A stretch of 64,000 nucleotides of DNA, taken from positions 62,001 through 126,000 of the forward strand of contig RHPI01000772.1 of assembly GCA_009103225.1 (NCBI GenBank). Direction: 5' to 3'. The notes beneath the pieces are model-generated. The model had not been told where the DNA came from. It saw nothing but the letters and a program-made list of their open reading frames with translations, and did no database searches. Source of the stretch: Chlorokybus atmophyticus (taxonomy: Eukaryota > Plantae > Mesostigma and Chlorokybus algae). The position numbers and the translations under genes are program-made. This document shows, one piece after another, positions 12,226 to 22,953 of the stretch. Every line of letters begins with the position of its first letter. The stretch's first letter is position 1.

Positions 12226-14241
12226 GACATCGTACTTTTTGTGCGCTATAATATGTTGCATCATCGATATGTACTGTCGTGCAAGTAAGGCTCGACTGTG
12301 GGGTGTCTCGCAGTGGAGGTACACAAGCTAGCGTGCGCTGGCGTAGCGAGTAGATGATGCTGCAGTGTAGCATGCATGGTGTAAAGCAAAGAGGACAAAA
12401 ATGGCGAAGCGTGTGGTGGTGAGGTAGTAGGTGCTGAGACGGCAAGAAGGGGAAAACAAATTGTGTGGTTCCCTTAACTTGATATATAGTGGTAATCACT
12501 CAACAAGCTGCTGAGCAAGGACGCGTGGGGAAATGCGGGTAGCCGCTATGTGCATTACTGCGGCAGTCACGCAGTGGTTGTGTGTCAATGTGTAGCTAAA
12601 TGAGATCACACACTACAAGCACCAAGTATGCAAGTGCGAGCAAATGCAGTCACCACTGATCCGTGGATGAGGGTCAAGCAAGCACTGCAACTGTTTGCAA
12701 ATGTTGCAGTGTGCAGATAACGGTTGCAATTGCCACAAGTATGCGAGCAATGGGTGTCCACTGACAAATGTACGGGGTCGAAGGCAGATACAGGGGTGGA
12801 ACAACCATCAGTCAGTAGAGTAGGCGGTCTGCTGGTAATGCGTGCACAACTACCACTGGAGTACTTGTACAGTTGAAGCCTACTTAGCTGAGCCTCGTGC
12901 GCTCATCGACTTCATGGTTGGTTCACCGTTCAGTCTGGGCAAGCGTCACCGCCACTTTTGCTCCAGTCCGTCCACTTGCAACTCGATGCCGAGGCTTTTT
13001 CGGACTGCGCCTATGTCGGCTGTCAACACGGCCTGCCGCCATAAGGATCGCGTCTTGATTAGTAGAGGTCAGTGCTGGTGGTCGGCTGCCACGCGGCCTC
13101 CCGCTTTAAACACTACGTCTTGATTGGCGGGCCTGATATCGACAATTTGAAAGCAGATTTATTGATTTGAATGCCAAAAGCACAAACACGCGTGCACGGT
13201 GAGGTGCGAGGAAGTGGGTGTCGACGGTTATCACCGTAAGAGTGGTGACGCTGCAATTTGCTAAAACCCCGCTAATGTATGCAATCAATCTTAAGTGTAT
13301 TATATGTCTACTCTCATAAAATGCATAACTTAATTGCTAAATAATTGCTAAAGGATTGCAAAGTGCTATTTTATGGTTATGTTTTTACCCTCAACGATAT
13401 AATGCTTTCATTGACATGTAATGCTGTCGCATGTAGCGACACATGATACCAATAAGATTTTTCGTGCACCTGCACTATTTACTATCATAGTGAAATATGT
13501 AATGCCCATGATGTTAATAGTTGATAATGTCACGACAGTTTGCTATAGTAGTATAAGGGTTGCCTCAAATGCTTGTAGTTGCAAATTGTAAATCGTAATT
13601 ACACGATCTTAAGCTCCTCATATAAAGCATACAATTACATGCACGTGATATCGCGTGCATGTAACTGGCTTTTAATACTGCATATGAATTGTTTCGAATA
13701 CAATATAAGTAACTTGGCATAATGCCGCAAAAAAGACCATAAAACATCACGTTTATGCTTTATGCAACTCTTGCCATAAAGTAAAGTAAAAATACTTTTG
13801 ACACATGCTGAACTTGACGTAAAAATGTTAGGTGTTTAATAAAATAACCCAAGTATGCAAGTAGGATGGACATCATGAAGTGAAGTTTCTCGTTTTATAG
13901 TATCATCAATATATTTGTGCAACATAATTGAAGTATGAGAAATTTTGCATAATCATATAGACACACATATAATTATACAAAGATACATTAACTTGCAAGA
14001 AGTTATATCTTATATCTGAATAATAATTTTTGGACGGAATGTTTTAATGGCCACCATAATAGCGCATGTGAGTCTCTACGGCATGCGCCGTTTTGTGGGA
14101 ATTTCTTGTGCTATTGCATATTACAAATATTGTTAAAACACAGAACTATGTCATGTGCGGCACATCTTTGTGTCTCATTATACCCACAATGTTATGTTTG
14201 TATTTCAGGGTGATTGCAATGAAATATACCTTATGTTATTG

Positions 14242-14470
14242 TTTTTGGGTGTAATACTTTTTATGAATTCATTGCACACAAATGAATACATGTTCAGTGA
14301 TACATATATATATATATATACATATGTATATATATACATACAATGTAATATACTACAGTAATAGTTTTTTGGTGTAATGTATATCATGAATTGATTGCAC
14401 ATAAATAAATAAATACCTATTCTGTGATACACATATATATATATATATGTGTGTATTACATACATATACA
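14242..14470. repeat. degenerate ~120-bp tandem duplication with (TA)n tracts next to an assembly gap
   Basis: tttttgg(g)tgtaat...atgaatt..ttgcaca...gtgatac..(ta)n occurs at ~14242 and again at ~14365. Confidence 0.6.
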
Positions 14471-14551
14471 TGCTATGCATACGCACACATAGGTGATGTG
14501 TACACACATGCACAATGATATCCATATGTGTATTGTATTCAATCGAGTTGA

Positions 14552-14875
14552 NNNNNNNNNNNNNNNNNNNNNNNNNNNNNNNNNNNNNNNNNNNNNNNNN
14601 NNNNNNNNNNNNNNNNNNNNNNNNNNNNNNNNNNNNNNNNNNNNNNNNNNNNNNNNNNNNNNNNNNNNNNNNNNNNNNNNNNNNNNNNNNNNNNNNNNNN
14701 NNNNNNNNNNNNNNNNNNNNNNNNNNNNNNNNNNNNNNNNNNNNNNNNNNNNNNNNNNNNNNNNNNNNNNNNNNNNNNNNNNNNNNNNNNNNNNNNNNNN
14801 NNNNNNNNNNNNNNNNNNNNNNNNNNNNNNNNNNNNNNNNNNNNNNNNNNNNNNNNNNNNNNNNNNNNNNNNNNN
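14552..14875. other. assembly gap
   Basis: Run of N. Confidence 1.
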
Positions 14876-15577
14876 GGGGCAACAAACTATTATTAAGTAC
14901 CGTACATCTGTGCAATATCGTGCTTGACATGCGCACATTAAGTAGGTTGATTAAGGCTTGATTGCAAAGGTCTTATTTGAACTTCATTGAATGCTTGAAT
15001 GCTGTGCAAGGCGGGCTTTATGTTCAGCCGCAAGCAGGAGGATTTCATGCTCATTGCTAGGAGAGATACATGACGGCTGGACATTGTCGCTACCGAGCTC
15101 GGGTGGGACTTGCGTTGATTGCTCGATGCTACGATGATGGCATGCGATAAGCGCTTAGGGGCAATAGCAAGCGCGTCAAAAACAGGAGGAAGTACGCTAT
15201 ATTCCCTCCTTTTTTAAGGCATGATGCGCCGGCGGCATTGGGCAATAAGTTTTATTAACTCGATATCAAGACGCACGACGCCTTCGCGGAAGCGATCGGC
15301 AATAAACTTCCAGCAGGCCCTGCCATTGTGTGCTCGCCGTCGGGTGGGTGGTGCGCACCGCTGATGCACAGCAATTGGAGAGATGCTTTTGCCTAATAAC
15401 GTAACACACTTACTAAATGTGTAGTACATTATAAAAGCATGCTAAGTTTTCAATACAGTTCAATCATGCCTAATTGACCAACACTGTTGTGTTGGGCTAA
15501 CACAGCCATCCGCGAGCAATGATGCAAGCACAGCGAATGCAATGCTAGCCACCCATCGCCGTCGCTGCCTACATGGT

Positions 15578-17606
15578 CGTTGCAAATTTTACACGGTGAC
15601 TGACGAGAGACTGAGGGACTGTTGAATGCCTGACCCTATCTAACCCTAACGGACCTAACGACTTGGGCCACTAAGGGACTGAATAAACCGCCGGTGCGTG
15701 TTGTGGACAATAATCAATTGCCGACCGCCGATCGTACAGTACAGTGGACTGTTGCCTATCGGTGATGACATGACATCAACATATTTTGACGGCCGACCGC
15801 CGGTCATACTGCTTCCGTAACGGCGACCTACCTGTAATGGCAATTAAGTGTATATTCAGGCGCCTAACAGCGACGGTCGATACCGGTGCGTCGGAGTTGA
15901 CCCGCGGCCGGCCGTCGGTCGTACATAAGCCGCGGCGGCGACTAACCTACATTAGCAAGCAAGTGACCACTCATTTCAATCAAGTCTCATAAGAGGGACG
16001 AGCGATGGCGAGTACCTATCAGTCCGGTTAGTTATACTCGGCACACTTAGTGGAACAATAGTACCATTGCGATGGTACAACAGTTCCATCAAAGTACCAT
16101 ACACGGTACTCATCATTCAATGGTACAACGGTGCTGTCGTACCACATTAGTGGTACGACTGTACCATTGAACTTGAAGACGTCGAGCATTTAAAAGGCAG
16201 CGTTTCAAACGCTGAACGGCTTCATTTACAAGGACAATTATGCGGCGGTGGCGGCGACGGCGGCGGTGGCATTGGCGGTGGTGGCGGCGGCGGCGGCGGC
16301 ACGGTTGGTGAGTTTGTGTATATGTGTGTACACAGAGTAGTTGAGTTGCATGTGCATGATGGTGTTATGTTAAATGCAACAGCGCAACCCGCCCTTCTTA
16401 CAGGCTAGGCCAGGGGCGGCGGCGGCGGCATGGTAGGTGAGTTTCTTTGTATGTGTGTGTATGATACCGTTGTGTTGACGCGTTCTTGCCGACCAGGCCA
16501 AGCGGAGGAGGAGCGGTGAGGGCGGCGCAGGCGCGGAGGAGTAGAGAGTGGAGGAGCGGCGGCTGAGTATAAGGGTAGAGTATATAGGGTAGTAGTAGTA
16601 GTAGCTTAATGTTATAGTAGTAGTAGTACTAGTAGCTCAATGTAGTTTACATTGTAGTGTAGCAACATGTTACAATGTTTATTGTTATTACATTTTTGAA
16701 TTAGTCAAGTTATTATATTATATAATATACTTGTGACTCGTCGTCTCTCACAGTTGACTACAATCACATGCAGTACCTGCTCATGACTGAATGGTACCGA
16801 TAGGTATTGGGGACAGTGACGTCAGGTACCTTGAAGGCACCATAAGGTACGTGATAGTTGGGTACAGTCTACCCCCGTTAAAAGACTTCGCTTTAAGGGA
16901 ATAACCCCGCTAAGATCATGGATTATCAAAAGACCAATGGTTTTACAGGCAAATATCTTCGGTTAGTGGAATAGTCTTGTACGTAATAAGACTAAAGAGA
17001 AGACTTGAAAATTTAAGTGGGCTCAGTCTTGTAACGGGGGAATACCTTGTTAATAGCATAATTGTCTTGTTGATATTAGAATAATATTATATAAATTAAA
17101 TCATTAAATTCATATATTGTATTGTATGGTTTATAGAGGAAATATGAATCTGAATTTTGCCACGTCAGCAAATGATGACGTGGCTTGAGGTTATCGGTCG
17201 ATACCCCATTAACAAAATATATATCCTTTAAATGATAAAAGAATATATAGTCTTATAAGCGCCAAGAGAATAACCCCGTTAGTGGAATGAAAAGTTGAAA
17301 GATAAACGTGATTCTTATAACGGGGGTAGACTGTACCTTTAAGGTACGGTCGCCGGTACCTAACTATTGGGTACCGGTTAGGTAGGTCAAGTCCCCTTTG
17401 CTTGACTGATGGGTGTTTAACAGGTACTTGTTAGTCTAGGTCAGTCCCTTAATTAAAACGGCCGCCGCCTCATGGTAACGACGTTATACTCAGGTCTTTG
17501 TATCGAGATTACAGGTGGATTAAGGTACGACAGTCTAAATGAGTATCCTCAGGTGCACGGCCGTTACCAATATTTCATCGGCTGGCAGGGGAAACAATTT
17601 ACGACG
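15578..17606 (+). mobile_element. non-autonomous TIR DNA transposon, copy A (CGT...ACG termini, 2-bp TSD)
   Basis: 5' cgttgcaaattttac and 3' aaacaatttacgacg form an imperfect ~14-bp TIR with GT on both flanks. Subterminal agggact/agtccct motifs are present. Both ends are collinear with copy B at 20906-22517. Confidence 0.78.
16865..17333. mobile_element. Tc1/mariner-type MITE (469 bp) nested in copy A
   Basis: Perfect TIR cagtctacccccgtta / taacgggggtagactg flanked by TA on both sides. A same-length homolog lies at 33053-33521. Confidence 0.9.
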
Positions 17607-20600
17607 GTGCTGTTGGCCTATGACGCTAGTGGCTCCATCTGCAGCGAGCTCCAGCCCGCCACGACCATCATCGCCGTGGCTTCAAGCTCCAGCAACATCC
17701 GACCATGCGCCCGTTGTTGGAATGGCACCACGTACCTACCGAGGAGTTACAGCAGTTGCCCACGCAAGTACGCCGCCTGCCTGGCGCATGTCTTCAACAC
17801 CTCCACAAAAGCCCCCAACCATCCCATTGGTCTCTACTGCCAATGGATAGAACATGTCCGACGGCGGGTGATTACTTTATTTGCGCCGCCATTCTCCACG
17901 TCACGCGCGCCCGCCAAATGCGGCAGTGGGTGGCGTGCGCGCTGCAACACGACATGGCCATCATTAAGCGTGGCGCAGCGGCGGCGGCGGCGATGGCAGA
18001 TAGGGCGCCGGTGCCGACCGGTCTATTGCCGATTGAGGCTGGGGCCTCGACTATCTCGACGGCACTGGCAATGGCGTAACTCGGCCGATGGCGGTGGTAG
18101 GGTAGCATAGCCGGCGTGTGTACAGGAAACAGAAGGTGCTATTACAAGCATACAGTTTGCAGCCAGGAGTTCTAACTACATGTGTATGTGTACATTGTTT
18201 TGAAAACAGCAAAGCAATGACAGCTAGTGTACATGCGATAGTGTGTGGGACGTGATTACTGGGGGATGACATGTTATAATTGATGTTTACGTTATATATC
18301 ATGCGGGCGATTGTTGCCGCAATATTCCTTCGCAACTTGTACAAAATTGTCAATGGGTCAAGTTCAAGACTCTTGAGTGGGATCATGACCAACTAGTGGA
18401 TTTATCTTTTGGGGCTAAGAGACGAAACGAAAGTTTGCACTCAGGCTACCTCAATACCTGCACTTCAAACTGCACAGCTGATCCTTGCGCAGCATACTTA
18501 TACATAACACTTATGTTAGCAACCTTGATACGCTAGCTCTTATAGTATATGTTGCATGTTATGCCAGTGAAGGACTTGAGCTAGGTTGTGTCGGGATATG
18601 ACTACATGCAGGGGAATAACAGACTGTGGGCTGGTTGTAGGCATGAGGTAGTTAGATATGCTTGTAGAAGCAAATCTAGACAATAACGTCTGTTGAGTTT
18701 TGTGATGGAAAGGTAGACAAGGATGTTATTGAGTGAGGGGAAGTGCATTTGGCGAGTTACTGTCAATGTAACCGGACATCAGCTCAAATCTGGTGGGTGT
18801 AATTGGGGCTATTTCGGGAGTTGTGAGTGGAGAAGGACTGGTGGAAGGAGTGGGCATCCATGTGGCAGTCAAGAGCTGGTCATGGAGACGATCTACTTGG
18901 TATTGGAGGCGTGGATTGGAGCGGGAGCTGAAGGAGAGCAAGTTTGAGTAGCTTTGACCATGGTCTAGTGCATTCTTGGTTGTGCTAGCTTAATTCATGT
19001 GTCATTGACTTGTTTATTGTACAAGTAGTGTGACTGAACAGATGTAGCTATTTAGTCAGCAAGATACCATACCATACCATACCAAGTTACAAGTGCCATT
19101 TAAGTGCCATAACATTAGTGCAATACATCTTTGTGTGTTGTATGCAATTGGTGCCTTAACTAAGGCTGTTGTTGTGTGAGCGTGTGACACAAGCGCATAC
19201 CATCATGCCCTGCTCAGCAAGTACATCTACAAAAAGGACGCGAACGTCATCATCACCCTCATGTAGACTGTTCACTACACATGTGAATAGACATAGTAGT
19301 GTATGAGTAATAGGAGTAAACATTGCATGAAGTTGCAGTGTTGTGTATGAGTAGCAGCATTGTCGACATGTGCTAGTGGGTGCATTGAGGTAACATGGCA
19401 TCGAGCACACGTGGCGCGACATGCACCTCAAGCATACCACTGCTTGAAGGCTTTTTCTTTCCTACCATACAATAAGCTGGGGTCGTCATGATGGCATTTG
19501 GTAAATGCCATCATATTTAGTGCCTGTGAGGCCCACAAGCAAGCACCCGCCCGAGCGTGTTAGGTTCAACCGCATCTCGTATGTTGTTTTCATGGCCTTA
19601 TGCGTTTCTGTCACAGAGGTGCTGCAGTTCAAGAGTAGAACATGAGACTAGCGCTTCGAGGTTTGATGCAGCATTGCTGAGTGTATAGCTTATATGAGTG
19701 TATATCCACCGCGGAACTTTGTAAGGGCATGCCGATCCTCCGCATGCTTCTTGGGAGGGTTGGTTGAGATGTCTATCAGAGCCGAATAGTCCACGGGCTC
19801 TTGCAAGCCTGGCTCCGTTAGTTAGTATAGATGTGAATGTACAAGCGTTTGTTCACTGCGTGTTGCACCACAGTGAGCATAGACAGATACGGAGCGTGGC
19901 CCTAGTCAATGCTACATAAACATAGCAGCTCTGCTCATTGCAATGGCAGCATAAGCAAGTGCCATAACATGCTGGTCTTTCTACCACAATTGACTTGGAG
20001 CAAGCTGAGAAGTTGTAGATGGTTTGCGTATTGGGGATCATTGTCACGGACTCCTTAACAATGATGCTCAGTACAAGGTCTATATATAGGTGAGTTCACG
20101 TAGTCGCTCCGGAGCGACTGCGTGAAATGGTGGCCCTCTTTACCTGATATTGCTTGCGAAGCGTGTCGGGATTATAGAGAGCATACTCCACCCGGTACAG
20201 CTTGGGTGGTGTAACTGCAACGCAAACAAAGATATATGACATCATTATTGCTTGTCAGATCAGTTCTCTGTCTTTCTCTCTTCAACAAGAGAGGGAACAA
20301 GTCGCGTGAGAGCATATGCATGCGGAAGAGTAGCGCGCCTGGAGAAAGAGGCTTGCGGAATGCCAAACCTGACGAGTCAACGGTGATGTGTCTTATTTGC
20401 ACCAAAGTAGCAGATGGGATGGATGTCGCATATATCCGCGGGTTGTCTCGCCATGCAGCGACGCTATAGATCTGAGATTGCGTAGAGTTTTACGACGATG
20501 ACCAAATGTTAAAGAAGACAAAGCACAGCCCTTTCGGCATGGCTGCACAAATGCATGCGCGTCAGAATGTGGTGTACACTCACACACACGTACATGCGTG

Positions 20601-20905
20601 CTAGCGCATATGTGCTTGTGAGAGAGAGGGTGCGATAACTGAGAGCTGAATCATGTTGCCATGGCACAATGTCGCAAAAATAAACTCATCATGTGTCCCA
20701 CATGAGGTATCCACAGCGAAATCCTCAGTGTTTTTGCCGCTGTAACGGAGCTCAGTCACAGTCCGTTCAAATAATCATGAGGCCGTGCAACGTAATCCGC
20801 GCGCATTCAAAACTATTTGGAGCATGTTTGGAGGCGCCTTCTCTATTCAATGAACGATGTCTGTGCAATAACATGCAGCATTGAGAGTGCAGATGAAGAG
20901 GGAAA

Positions 20906-21138
20906 CGTCGCAAATTTTACACGGTAACTGACAAGGGACTAAGGGACTGACGAGTGCCTGACCCTGCCTGACCCTATCTGACGTAACGGATTGGTCCATA
21001 AAGGGACTTTTCAGGACGGCCGTTACTATCAAGCAACATATACCGACGGCAAGCGGTCGACCGATAAGTACAATCGACGGCGGCCTGCCTGCGACGGCAA
21101 CACCGCATTATATATATATATGTATATCTATAAGGTAT

Positions 21139-21193
<55 letters not shown>

Positions 21194-22517
21194 GACGGTC
21201 GATTGTCGGTCGTCCCATTTGCGCGATGGCGACCTATCCGTATAGCAGATAAGTCACGTTTTGGTCACATACAGTGACGGCCGACCGTCGGTCGTATCCT
21301 GACCGTCGAAGTATGCGCGATGGCCTGCCTATTTTAGCAAGCCAGTCACCGTTAGTCCTTATCAGGTGACTTACTGCGTTTATTTAGTGACGGCCGATCG
21401 CCGGTCGTGCACCCAATGCGGCGGCCTACTTATTTTGCGTCAAGTATGATAAGCAAGTGACCGCCGGTCTCTAAAGGTCGGCAAGTCGGGACGGTGGTAC
21501 CGGCCGGCAAGTCAAGACGCTGGTACAATGCAGCCGCCGTATTATGTCAATGGTACGAACAGTGCCATTGTCGCAATGGCACTATTGTATCATATTAATG
21601 GTACCATAGTGCCATTGCGACAATGGTACTTTCGTGCTGTTATAATAATACGATAATGCCGTTGCGAGTCACGTTTCGACAACGCGTTTGTTGGGCTGCC
21701 CAAGTTATTCAAACGCTCAACGGCTTCAAATTCAACAGAGCGTTGTGGGCGGCGGCAACGGCTAACAGTAGGTGAGCTTGGTTGCTGTCTGACGTTGTAC
21801 TACGCGCAACACCGCATGCCATCTAACCACCCTCCTTGCCTTAGGGCGGCCAGGCTAGGACAGGCTAGGCCAGACCAGGCCAGGCTAGGCCAAACCAGGC
21901 CAGGCGGCGGCAGCGGCGGCGGAGAAGGAACGGCGGCGGCGGAGCTGGAGCGGGCGGTGCAGGAGCCGCAGCTCAGTACAAAGGTAGTACCAGCAGTAGT
22001 ATCTAAGGTAGTGGTAGCAGTAGTGGTAGTCTAGTTGTACTAGCAGTAGTAGTAGTAGCTCAGTTTATTACATTGTAATTTTTTTTTTTGGTTTTTCAAT
22101 AATTGTTACGCATTGTTGCACAGCTGATGACGACAATCACGTGTGACACCTAATCATGACTGAGCGGTACTAGCAAGTACCTTTAAGGGTACGCATATTC
22201 AACGGTAGGTACCTTAAGGTACCTGAATTTCGCTCAGTTAGCGTACAGTCGCCGGTACCTAACTGATATGTACCGGTCAGTTACCTGTTAGTTAGGTCAA
22301 GTCCCCTTTGCTTAACTATTGAGTACCTAACAGGTACCTACTAATTAGGGTCAGTCCCTTTATGCAAAAGGCCGCCAACTAATGGTGACGGCCGTTATGC
22401 TCAGGTCTGTGTATCGAGATCGCCGGTAGACTGAAGGTCGACAGTCTTAATAAGTATCCTCAGGTACACGGCCGTTGCCAATATTCAGCCGGCCGGCAGG
22501 GGAAACATTTTGCAACG
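20906..22517 (+). mobile_element. non-autonomous TIR DNA transposon, copy B (CGT...ACG termini, 2-bp TSD)
   Basis: 5' cgtcgcaaattttac and 3' aaacattttgcaacg with AA on both flanks. Homologous to copy A at both ends and in internal motifs. Carries a (TA)n tract at ~21108-21189 and lacks the nested MITE. Confidence 0.78.
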
Positions 22518-22905
22518 AACACAAAGAGCGGAGAGCGAGTTGCTGGGAGAGGCATAATGAAAGAGTTTGTAATCATCCTCAAGATGGGTAGAGCACAGCA
22601 GACCAATGCAACTCTGCTTCAATTCATGCAGCTCTGCACAAACATAAGGCGTGTAACTGTGTGCTGATAGCCTTTTTACATAACACACGCACCTCCCACC
22701 ATAACGGAGGCGAGCCACCTTGGTCTTGCCGGGGAGCTCATTAGGGAAGCTTGGTGGAGGAACCCGTCAGATTCCCCCACTGTCATGGCATTAAAAATGA
22801 TTTTGGGGTCGCGTTGTCGTTCAAGTAAGTTTGTACACTAGACGGCTTGCATAGTTTCTATGCATGAACAATGGGGAGCACAAGAGTGAGCGTGAGCGTC
22901 AGCAC

Positions 22906-22953
<48 letters not shown>
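22906..22953. repeat. (GT)n(GA)n compound microsatellite
   Basis: Directly visible. Confidence 0.95.

Noticed and set aside
14155-14961. ORFs spanning the N gap (also 36499-37316 and 49088-49356)
   Set aside because: Artefacts of translating N runs and microsatellites.
17472-18110. 212-aa ORF
   Set aside because: Crosses the transposon copy A boundary, has no recognisable domain, and is probably a chance ORF in GC-rich DNA.
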